From: an uncultured Myxococcales bacterium
GTDB taxonomy: Bacteria > Myxococcota_A > UBA9042 > CAIXZC01
Length of the DNA: 64,000 nucleotides
Reading direction: 5' to 3'
NCBI GenBank assembly: GCA_964593355.1
Contig: CAZQHM010000023.1
Location: forward strand, 83-64,082
Position numbers and translations under genes: made by a program. Each line of letters begins with the position of its first letter. The first letter of the stretch is position 1. The notes below the pieces were generated by a model. The model did not search any database and was not told where the DNA came from. It saw only the letters and a program-made list of their open reading frames with translations. Of the stretch, positions 53,762-61,855 are shown piece by piece.

Positions 53762-54961
53762 ATGGATCAGCATAAGCGAGTGGGTGAGATTCAGGAGCTG
53801 TTGGGGCGGCTGGGCATCGACGGTTGGCTGCTGGCTGACTTTCACAATCGGGACACGATCTCTTGCAGGGTTCTGGGGCTTGACGAGGGTAAGTTCACCT
53901 CCAGGCGGTGGTTCTACTACATCCCCGCCCGGGGTGTTCCCACGAAGGTTGTTCACAGTGTGGAGCCAGGGAAGCTGGATTCGCTGCCTGGCCAGAAGGT
54001 TGTCTATTTACCCTGGCAGGCACTGCACAAGGCGTTGAAGCAGGCCCTAGACGGTGCTTCGAGGGTAGCGATGCAGTATTCGCCCATGAACGCCATCCCG
54101 TACGTTGACCTGGCGGACCCGGGGGTCGTGGAGCTTGTTCGAAGCTTTGGGGTGGAGGTTGTCTCCTCGGCGGACCTGGTTCAGCGGTTCGAGGCGTGCT
54201 TGACTGATGAGCAGTTGGAGACTCACACGGCAGCGTCGGTGGTAGTTCAGGGGATTAAGGATGAGGCATTCAAGATGGTAGCTTCGGCCATCTCGAGGGG
54301 TGAGACGCTCACCGAGTGGGACGTGCAGCAGTACATAATCCGAAGGTTCTCTGAGGAGGGCATGACCTGTGACGGGGAGTGGCCTATTGTGGCGGTGAAC
54401 GAGCATGCGGCAGATCCGCACTTCGAGCCCACGGAGCAGCGAACCAGCGTCATTCGCAGGGGCGACAAGTTGCTCATCGATCTGTGGGCCAGATTCGAGC
54501 GTCCCGGGGCCATCTACTACGACATCACCTGGTGCGGGTTCGTGGGCGAGGAGCCGCCAGAGGAGTACGCTGCTATTTGGGATGTGGCCACGAGAGCCCG
54601 TGATGCGGCTCTGGAGCTTGTTCGCCGACGCTTCGAATCGAACGAAGTTGTCTACGGCTGGGAGGTTGACAGGGCCGCACGAACGGTGGTGGAAGAGGCG
54701 GGATACGCTGACTATTTCGTGCATCGCACGGGGCACAGCATTGGGACGCGGGTTCACGGCAACGGCGTTCATATGGACAGCCTGGAGACAAAGGATGAGC
54801 GGGCGTTGGTACCGGGGATCTGCTTTTCTATAGAGCCCGGGATCTACATTCCTGGTCAAATGGGGGTGCGCACGGAGATTAACGTGTTCATTACCAGGGA
54901 TGGTGCCGTGAAGACGGCGGGCGCCGTGCAGAAGGCGCTGTTGAGGGTTGATCAGCCGTGA
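53762..54961 (+). CDS. M24-family metallopeptidase (Xaa-Pro aminopeptidase/creatinase-like)
   Basis: GGAGG RBS at 53752. Pita-bread fold metal ligands (...HRTGHSIGTRVHGNGVHMD..., ...FSIEPGIY...). Confidence 0.8.
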   Translation: MDQHKRVGEIQELLGRLGIDGWLLADFHNRDTISCRVLGLDEGKFTSRRWFYYIPARGVPTKVVHSVEPGKLDSLPGQKVVYLPWQALHKALKQALDGASRVAMQYSPMNAIPYVDLADPGVVELVRSFGVEVVSSADLVQRFEACLTDEQLETHTAASVVVQGIKDEAFKMVASAISRGETLTEWDVQQYIIRRFSEEGMTCDGEWPIVAVNEHAADPHFEPTEQRTSVIRRGDKLLIDLWARFERPGAIYYDITWCGFVGEEPPEEYAAIWDVATRARDAALELVRRRFESNEVVYGWEVDRAARTVVEEAGYADYFVHRTGHSIGTRVHGNGVHMDSLETKDERALVPGICFSIEPGIYIPGQMGVRTEINVFITRDGAVKTAGAVQKALLRVDQP

Positions 54962-55112
54962 TGGTTTTGGTCGATTTTCGAAGGGCGGCATTGTTTCCCC
55001 ATTTCCTTTCAACGGGCCCCCTTTTCGGGGTAGAGTGGGATGCCGATACTTTCCGTAGCCTTTTCTACTGACTGGCCGGTGCGGGTACCAGCAGCAAACT
55101 TGGAGGAGCGAC

Positions 55113-57143
55113 ATGGCTCACGAATCTTGGTTGTCTCAGATCGCCTCAATGCAGGATCGGAAGGAATTTCAGGAGCTCTCGTGGGAGGGCACCTTTGAGC
55201 AGTACCTTGAGTTGGTCAAGGAGAATCCCAGGGTTTTGCGGTCGGCCTATCAGCGGCTCTACGACATGGTGATATCGTATGGTTTCGAGGAGCGGGTAGA
55301 GCTGAAGAAGACGGTGGTTCACTACAACTTCTTTGACGATCCGAGGCACGGCGGGAAGGACGCCGTCTTCGGGCTGGACGTGTCGTTGATGAAGCTGGTG
55401 AACGTGCTTCGGGCGGCGGCATACAGGTATGGACCCGAGAAGCGGATCTTGCTGTTACACGGCCCCGTGGGGTCTGCAAAGAGCACCATCGTCAGGTTGC
55501 TCAAGAAGGGATTGGAGGACTACAGCCGCACCTCGGAAGGGGCACTCTACACACTGGAGTGGACTATGCCTGACGGCGAGGTTGTGCCTTGCCCGCTGCA
55601 CGAGGAGCCGCTGAACATCATCCCGTTGGAGCATCGTGGGGCAGTGCTTGAGAAGCTGGACTTGACCAGCGTGGACTATCCCGTGGTGCTGGACAAAGAC
55701 CTGTGCCCCGTGTGCCGTTTCAACCAGCGTTCGCTCATGCAGGAGTACGAAGGTGACTGGGCCAAGGTTGTGGAGCATGTGAAGGTGAGGCGTCTGATTT
55801 TCTCGGAGCAGGATCGAGTTGGGGTTGGGACGTTCCAGCCCAAGGACGAGAAGAATCAGGATTCAACGGAGCTGACGGGGGATATCAACTACCGGAAGAT
55901 AGCAGTCTACGGGTCGGATTCGGACCCCAGGGCCTTCAACTTCGACGGGGAGTTCTGTGTGGCCAACCGGGGGTTGATAGAGTTCGTGGAGGTGCTGAAG
56001 TTGGACGTGGCGTTCCTTTACGACCTTCTGGGAGCAAGCCAGGAGCAGAAGATCAAGCCGAAGAAGTTTGCGCAGGCGGACATTGACGAGGTGATAATCG
56101 GTCACACCAACGAGCCAGAGTTCCGGAAGTTGCAGAGCAACGAGTACATGGAGGCGCTTCGGGACAGAACGGTGAAGATCGACATCCCGTACATTACGAG
56201 ATTCACAGAAGAGACTCATATTTATAAGAAAGATTTCGGGCCAAAGAAGGTTGGCCGTGTTCATGTGGCACCGCACACCTTGGAAATGGCGGCGTTGTGG
56301 GCGGTGTTGACGAGGTTGACGGATCCAAAGAAGCATAACATCAATGTGCTGCAAAAGGCGAAACTGTATGATGGCAGAATGCTGCCTGGTTTCACCGAGG
56401 ATTCGATCAAGGAGTTGAGAAAGGAGTCGGACCGTGAGGGGATGGACGGGATATCGCCTCGTTACGTTCAGGATCGAATCAGCGAGGCGCTGGCGTCAGA
56501 GCAGACGGCGAACATGATCAATCCCTTCCTGATTCTGAACAGAATGGAGAGTGGATTGAAGCATCACAGTCTGATTTCCAGCGAGGATGTCAGGCGTCGG
56601 TTCCGGGATCTGCTGGCGCTGGTTAAAGAGGAGTACGAGGACATTATCAAGGATGAGGTTCGCAGGGCCATTTCGGCCGACGACGAGGCCATCGCCCGTC
56701 TGTGCAGTAATTACATTGACAACGTTAAGGCATACACACAGAAAGAGAAAGTCAAGAATAGATACACAAATCAATATGAGGAGCCGGATGATCGTCTGAT
56801 GCGTTCGATTGAGGAGAAAGTTGGGATTCCAGATAATAGAAAAGATGATTTCCGGCGGGAGATCATGAATTTCATCGGGGCGTTGGCTTTGGAGGGGCGC
56901 TCCTTTGATTACACGACGAACGAACGTTTGAGGAAGGCTCTGGAGTTGAAGCTGTTTGAGGACCAGAAGGATTCTATCAAGCTGGCCTCGCTGGTCTCTT
57001 CGGTTGTGGACAAGAAGACGCAGGAGAAGATCGACATAGTTAAGAACCGTCTGATCCGGAATTTCGGATACAACGAGGAGTCGGCCACGGACGTTCTGAA
57101 CTATGTTGCCAGCATCTTTGCCAGGGGCGATCAGAAAGGGTAG
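55113..57143 (+). CDS. prkA: PrkA-family serine protein kinase (AAA+ PrkA)
   Basis: GGAGG RBS. 676 aa. Walker [14 protein letters not shown] and PrkA-typical N- and C-terminal domains. Confidence 0.9.
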   Translation: MAHESWLSQIASMQDRKEFQELSWEGTFEQYLELVKENPRVLRSAYQRLYDMVISYGFEERVELKKTVVHYNFFDDPRHGGKDAVFGLDVSLMKLVNVLRAAAYRYGPEKRILLLHGPVGSAKSTIVRLLKKGLEDYSRTSEGALYTLEWTMPDGEVVPCPLHEEPLNIIPLEHRGAVLEKLDLTSVDYPVVLDKDLCPVCRFNQRSLMQEYEGDWAKVVEHVKVRRLIFSEQDRVGVGTFQPKDEKNQDSTELTGDINYRKIAVYGSDSDPRAFNFDGEFCVANRGLIEFVEVLKLDVAFLYDLLGASQEQKIKPKKFAQADIDEVIIGHTNEPEFRKLQSNEYMEALRDRTVKIDIPYITRFTEETHIYKKDFGPKKVGRVHVAPHTLEMAALWAVLTRLTDPKKHNINVLQKAKLYDGRMLPGFTEDSIKELRKESDREGMDGISPRYVQDRISEALASEQTANMINPFLILNRMESGLKHHSLISSEDVRRRFRDLLALVKEEYEDIIKDEVRRAISADDEAIARLCSNYIDNVKAYTQKEKVKNRYTNQYEEPDDRLMRSIEEKVGIPDNRKDDFRREIMNFIGALALEGRSFDYTTNERLRKALELKLFEDQKDSIKLASLVSSVVDKKTQEKIDIVKNRLIRNFGYNEESATDVLNYVASIFARGDQKG

Positions 57144-57151
57144 GTAGCGTC

Positions 57152-58258
57152 ATGGCGATCCAGAACATACAGAAGGATCACGCCAGGTTTCGGGACATCG
57201 TCAAGGGTGCTGTGAGGCGGAACCTGAAGGAGTACATAAGCCGTGGCGAGATTCTGGGCAAGGAGGGGGGGAAGACGGTTAAGATTCCCATCCCGGAGAT
57301 TGAGATCCCGAGGTTGAAGTTCAAGGGTGAGGGGGAGTCGGGGGTTGGGCAGGGAGATGGTGAGGAGGGGGACGTATTGGGGGAGGAGAAGGCCCCCGGT
57401 TCTGGCGAAGCTGGGCAAGATGAGGGTCAGCACGAAGTGGAGGCAGAGGTTTCTATTGAGGAGCTGGCCCAGATATTAGGAGAGGAGCTATCGCTGCCCA
57501 GAATCAAACCCAGGGGCAAATCCACAATAAGGGTCCCCACGCAGAAGTTGAGGGGTATAGCCAGAGTTGGTCCTGAGTCGTTGAAGCATTTCCGGCGCAG
57601 TTTCAGTGCGGCGTTGAAGCGACAGATAGCCGCTGGGATGTATAATTACGATGATCCTGTAATTATAGTAACGAGAGAAGATCGCAGATATAAGAGTTTT
57701 AAAGAACAACAGAGCCAAGAGAGCAATGCCGTCATTATTTACATGATGGACGTATCCGGCTCAATGGGTGAAGAACAGAAGGAGATGGTTCGTATTGAAT
57801 CCTTTTGGATTGACACCTGGCTGCGACACAACTACAGGGGTATTGTCTCTCGCTATATAATTCACGATGCAAAGGCGAGGGAGGTTGACAGAGAAACCTT
57901 CTTTAGAACGAAAGAGAGTGGCGGTACGATGATATCAAGTGCCTACACTTTGGCAGCGGAGATCATGGCAGCGGATTATCCATCCGAGGAGTGGAATATT
58001 TATCCATTTCATTTTTCGGACGGGGATAACTGGTCTGGGGATGATACATCTAAATGTCTTCAGCTGCTCACCGACAAAATACTCCCTAATTGCAATCTGT
58101 TCTGTTATGGCCAGGTTCACAGCCCCTATGGGTCGGGGCAGTTCATCAAGGATTTGGCCAAGTCATTCGGGGAGGATGATCGAGTGGTTTTGTCGGAGAT
58201 ACCGGACCGTGACGGGATAATCAACTCCATCAAGGAGTTTTTCCAGAAGGGGAAGTAA
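57152..58258 (+). CDS. YeaH/YhbH-family protein (DUF444, vWA-like)
   Basis: MIDAS-like DVSGSMG motif. Lies 8 nt after prkA; the canonical middle gene of the prkA-yeaH-spoVR module. Confidence 0.85.
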   Translation: MAIQNIQKDHARFRDIVKGAVRRNLKEYISRGEILGKEGGKTVKIPIPEIEIPRLKFKGEGESGVGQGDGEEGDVLGEEKAPGSGEAGQDEGQHEVEAEVSIEELAQILGEELSLPRIKPRGKSTIRVPTQKLRGIARVGPESLKHFRRSFSAALKRQIAAGMYNYDDPVIIVTREDRRYKSFKEQQSQESNAVIIYMMDVSGSMGEEQKEMVRIESFWIDTWLRHNYRGIVSRYIIHDAKAREVDRETFFRTKESGGTMISSAYTLAAEIMAADYPSEEWNIYPFHFSDGDNWSGDDTSKCLQLLTDKILPNCNLFCYGQVHSPYGSGQFIKDLAKSFGEDDRVVLSEIPDRDGIINSIKEFFQKGK

Positions 58259-59757
58259 TGAATCTGCCGCTGGATCTATGGACGATGAAGGAGGAGATTC
58301 GGCAGTATGCGAAGGATTACGGGCTGGATTTCTTCGAGGTCATCTACGAGATGGTCAGCTTCGAGAAGGTGAACGAGATTGCCTCGTACGGGGGGTTTCC
58401 GGTGCGGTATCCGCACTGGCGATTCGGGATGGACTTCGAGAGGATGTCGAAGAGCCATCTTTACGGCCTGCACAAAATATATGAGATGGTTATTAATAAC
58501 GATCCATGTTATGCGTATCTTGTAGAGGGGAGCAGTAATATAGACTACAAGTTAATTATGGCACATGTTTATGGCCACAGCGATTTCTTTAAGAACAATA
58601 TGTGGTTCGCTCACACGAATAGGAAGATGATGGATGAGATGGCGAATCACGCAACGAGGATTCGTCGATATATCGATAAGTACGGGATAGAAAGGGTTGA
58701 GAAGTTCATAGACGCTGTTTTGTCTGTAGATAACATGGTGGATTATCATTTCCCGGACAACGCCGGCAAGCGATCGGTCAGGGTCGAGGGTGAGGAGGGA
58801 GGCAAGGAGGCTGACCATCGCTTCTCAGGGGTTCAGGCCCCGGAGTATCTTGAGGAGTATCTCTATCCTGATGAGTACATGAAGAAACAGCAGAAGAGAG
58901 CTGATGACAAGGAGAGGCGGAGTCGGCGGGTTCCTGAGGAGCCCATGAAGGATGTGCTCTACTTCCTTGGGGAGCATGGGGCGTTGGAGCCATGGGAGAG
59001 GGATGTTCTGTCCATGTTGCGGGAGGAGTCTCTCTATTTTGCTCCGCAAGGCCAGACGAAAATCATGAATGAGGGTTGGGCAGCCTATTGGCATAGTAAG
59101 ATTTTGACAGAGAAGGCTCTAAAGAGTAGTGAGATAATCGATTTTGCAGATCAGCACTCCAAGGCAGTTGCAGTATACGGTAAGAACATAAATCCATACA
59201 AGCTTGGTCTTGAGCTCTTCCGCGATATCGAGGATCGGTGGAACAAGGGCAAGTTCGGGAAGGAGTGGGAGGAGTGCAGCGATGCCAGAGAGAGGCGCCA
59301 TTGGGATCGGGGCTTCGAGCTGGGGCGAAAGAAGATTTTCGAGGTGAGGAAGGTGTATAACGACGTCAGTTTCCTCGATGAGTTCTTGACGCCGGAATTC
59401 TGTCTGGAGAACAAGTTATTTACCTGGATCTTCAGAGAACAGTACGATAAATACATAATTGACTCGAAGGACTTCTCTGCCATCAAAGAAAGCCTGCTTT
59501 CTCAAATCACAAATTTTGGTCATCCAATTGTTAGAGTGTTCGACTCCAATCATCAGAATCGAGGGGAGCTGCTGCTGTTGCACACACACGAGGGGCGGGA
59601 TCTGGACCCGAAGTATGCGAACCACGTGCTCAAGAATCTTGTGGCGATCTGGAAACGGCCGGTCCATATTCTCACGGTGTCGCAGCGTGAGGAGCAGTTG
59701 TGGAGCCACAACGGCAAGGAGTTCAGCGCTCAGCGATATGCGCACCCACAGATGTAG
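58258..59757 (+). CDS. SpoVR/YcgB-family protein
   Basis: 499 aa. Start overlaps the upstream stop. Conserved SpoVR N- and C-domains. Confidence 0.85.
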   Translation: MNLPLDLWTMKEEIRQYAKDYGLDFFEVIYEMVSFEKVNEIASYGGFPVRYPHWRFGMDFERMSKSHLYGLHKIYEMVINNDPCYAYLVEGSSNIDYKLIMAHVYGHSDFFKNNMWFAHTNRKMMDEMANHATRIRRYIDKYGIERVEKFIDAVLSVDNMVDYHFPDNAGKRSVRVEGEEGGKEADHRFSGVQAPEYLEEYLYPDEYMKKQQKRADDKERRSRRVPEEPMKDVLYFLGEHGALEPWERDVLSMLREESLYFAPQGQTKIMNEGWAAYWHSKILTEKALKSSEIIDFADQHSKAVAVYGKNINPYKLGLELFRDIEDRWNKGKFGKEWEECSDARERRHWDRGFELGRKKIFEVRKVYNDVSFLDEFLTPEFCLENKLFTWIFREQYDKYIIDSKDFSAIKESLLSQITNFGHPIVRVFDSNHQNRGELLLLHTHEGRDLDPKYANHVLKNLVAIWKRPVHILTVSQREEQLWSHNGKEFSAQRYAHPQM

Positions 59758-59825
59758 GTTTTGAGATCTGGGGCCTGGGTGTAGAGAGAATTAGCAACAC
59801 AAGGGGCATGGAGTAGGATAGGCAT

Positions 59826-60281
59826 ATGGTGTCATCGGCTGGTGATAATGTTGTTATAGTGTATACGGATGGTGCATGTTTCGGAAACCCCGGGCCCTGT
59901 TCGGCCGCCGCATCGTTGAGGTTTGGGGGTCGGGTTCTCTACGTCTCGGAGTATCTGGGGGTTGGGACGAACAACATCGGGGAGTTGACGGCAGTGAAGA
60001 TAGCCTTGCAGTCCATGAGGCGGCGCGACGTCCCGGTGAAGATCCACAGCGACAGCACCTATGTCATCGGGGTGCTGAGCAAGAATTGGAAGGCCAAGGA
60101 GAATCTGGAGCTCATCGCCGAGATCAAGAAGCTCATGACCCTGTTTCAGAAGATTACCTTCATCAAGGTGCCGGCTCACTCTGGCGTTCCGGACAACGAG
60201 ATGGTAGATCAGATGGCGAAGGATGCCATATCCAGACGCAAAGGGACCAGGGAGCTTGTAGGGCCTTCTTCCACCACTTGA
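59826..60281 (+). CDS. rnhA: ribonuclease HI
   Basis: VIVYTDGACFGNPGP..., catalytic D/E/D/D residues (TNNIGELTA, HSDS, DNEMVDQMA). Confidence 0.85.
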   Translation: MVSSAGDNVVIVYTDGACFGNPGPCSAAASLRFGGRVLYVSEYLGVGTNNIGELTAVKIALQSMRRRDVPVKIHSDSTYVIGVLSKNWKAKENLELIAEIKKLMTLFQKITFIKVPAHSGVPDNEMVDQMAKDAISRRKGTRELVGPSSTT

Positions 60282-60400
60282 TTTCTCTATGTGCCGGCTT
60301 TGGGCGCATGGGGGGGGCGCGGCACGACCCATGGATACCCTTGAGGGTTCCATCGTGGCCGTTGTGGGTATGGTCGTTAGCGATGAGGCGGCGAAACAGG

Positions 60401-61798
60401 ATGAGTAGAGAGATCGAAAGAGGGGAAGAGGGACGGTCCAACGGTGCGGGTTTGGGTGCAGGGGGATTGGGTGCAGAGGGACGGTTGGCCTTTACGGGTT
60501 TGGGTGAAGGTGGAGTGGGTGCTGGGGAACGTTCCGCCGGTGCGGGTTTGGGTGCAATGGGATTGGGTGCAGAGGGAGGGTCGGCCTTTGCGGGTTTGGG
60601 TGCAGGGGAACGGTTTGCCGGTGCTGGTCTGGCTCTGCCGATAATGCTCTTGGTGTGGGCTGGCACTTCATGCGCCGGATGCGGGTCGGGCAGCGGTGGT
60701 GGCGGGGACACAGTTGAGTTGCTGGAGGCCGATGATTCAGGTGGCGATGTGTTGCTGGATGTAGCGACTGGAGATTTGGCGGCCGGTGATAGCTGGGAGG
60801 TTGACGGGGAGGTTGACGGGGAGGTTGACGGGGAGGGGGAGGGCTCGCTGCACTTCACGGTGATGACCTTCAACGTAGGCACTACGGATTTTCTGCCGCA
60901 CGACAACGATGAGAAGCGGGGTGAGGGGGACGGTTACACCTCGGCGCACGCTGCGGAGAATGCCAAGAAATACTCGAACAACCTGGCCTGGATGCCGGCG
61001 GAGCGGGCTCTGACGGAGTTACTTGCGGAGCGGAAGGTGGACGTGGTTCTGTTTCAGGAACTCTACTTCGACCCTTGGTGTGAGGAGGTGGAGGTGGACC
61101 CGGCCATGGAATTTGTCTGCAACGATTACTCAGCAGAGCGTGCGTGGCAGGTACGGCGGCTCTTGGGTGATGAGTACCACATTGCTTGTGCCGCCGGGCA
61201 TCGAGACAACTGTGTGGGGGTGAGGCGCAGCTTTGGGGAGATAGAAGGGTGCAATGGGGATGATGTCTGCATGAGCGGAGTGGTTGGGTTCCCTCCGGCC
61301 GGGGGCTGTACCAAGGGTGAGAGGGTTGGGACCGTAGCCGTACGCGTGATGGGCGGGCCGGTGATCCATGTGGTCAATGCCCATGTTGTCTCGGGGATGA
61401 GTGAGGAGGACATGGCGTGCCGGAAGTCCCACTTCGAGCAGATATTCGTGGACAGGGGCGATGGAGTTCCCGCGGCAAACGGGCGGTACAACATCGTCGG
61501 TGGCGACATGAATACGGACCCGTTCCTGATGGCGGATGGGGATCCGTCGGCCAGGTTCTGGAACCTTCACGTGGGTGCGGGCAAGGAGTTTCACTATGTC
61601 TCGTCGGGGGATGCGTCGGGGCCGCCCACGTTGTCCTCGCTGTTCCACATAGACCACATCATCAGCGACAGCGCCACGGGCTCGTGTGTGGTGGCTGGCC
61701 AGAGCGCCGGAGTGGCTCACGTGATGGAGACCAGCTATTGGGATCATAGACCTGTTATTTGTGATGTTGAATTGCTTTATGCTAGCAGTAAACAATAA
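60401..61798 (+). CDS. endonuclease/exonuclease/phosphatase (EEP) family protein with N-terminal Gly/Ala-rich repeat region and a hydrophobic segment
   Basis: C-terminal ~320 aa match the EEP fold (MTFNVG...E, VVLFQE, VVNAHV, IVGGDMNTDP, HIDHII). Start is ambiguous: in-frame ATGs at 60308, 60383, 60401 and 60644. The hydrophobic LALPIMLLVWAGTSCAGC segment follows the repeat region. Confidence 0.55.
   Translation: MSREIERGEEGRSNGAGLGAGGLGAEGRLAFTGLGEGGVGAGERSAGAGLGAMGLGAEGGSAFAGLGAGERFAGAGLALPIMLLVWAGTSCAGCGSGSGGGGDTVELLEADDSGGDVLLDVATGDLAAGDSWEVDGEVDGEVDGEGEGSLHFTVMTFNVGTTDFLPHDNDEKRGEGDGYTSAHAAENAKKYSNNLAWMPAERALTELLAERKVDVVLFQELYFDPWCEEVEVDPAMEFVCNDYSAERAWQVRRLLGDEYHIACAAGHRDNCVGVRRSFGEIEGCNGDDVCMSGVVGFPPAGGCTKGERVGTVAVRVMGGPVIHVVNAHVVSGMSEEDMACRKSHFEQIFVDRGDGVPAANGRYNIVGGDMNTDPFLMADGDPSARFWNLHVGAGKEFHYVSSGDASGPPTLSSLFHIDHIISDSATGSCVVAGQSAGVAHVMETSYWDHRPVICDVELLYASSKQ
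60443..60634 (+). repeat. 96-bp tandem repeat x2 (each made of two ~48-bp sub-repeats) in the 5' part of the EEP gene
   Basis: The unit starting ggtgcgggtttgggtgca (60443) recurs at 60539. Encodes (A/T)GLGAGGLGAEG..AF / GLGxG...GER.AGAGL peptide repeats. Confidence 0.7.
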
Positions 61799-61855
61799 GA
61801 TCTGGGGTTAACTTATAAAACTGGATGAGAAGAAAAGGCCGGAGGTGGATGATAA

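Noticed and set aside
59876-60400. 5' extension of the 640-aa ORF overlapping rnhA in another frame
   Set aside because: It overlaps a confidently identified RNase HI gene, and recognisable domain content begins only after 60.8 kb. The start was moved to an in-frame ATG after the rnhA stop.
60443-60634. Possible CRISPR-like array
   Set aside because: It has only two 96-bp units with internal 48-bp sub-units and no unique spacers. It is in-frame protein-coding repeat DNA, not repeat-spacer architecture.
60163-60906. Minus-strand 247-aa Pro-rich ORF (PAPKPA... repeats)
   Set aside because: It is the mirror image of the Gly-rich 96-bp tandem repeat. It overlaps the rnhA 3' end and begins inside the EEP catalytic domain. 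The plus-strand frame is the one with a real domain.
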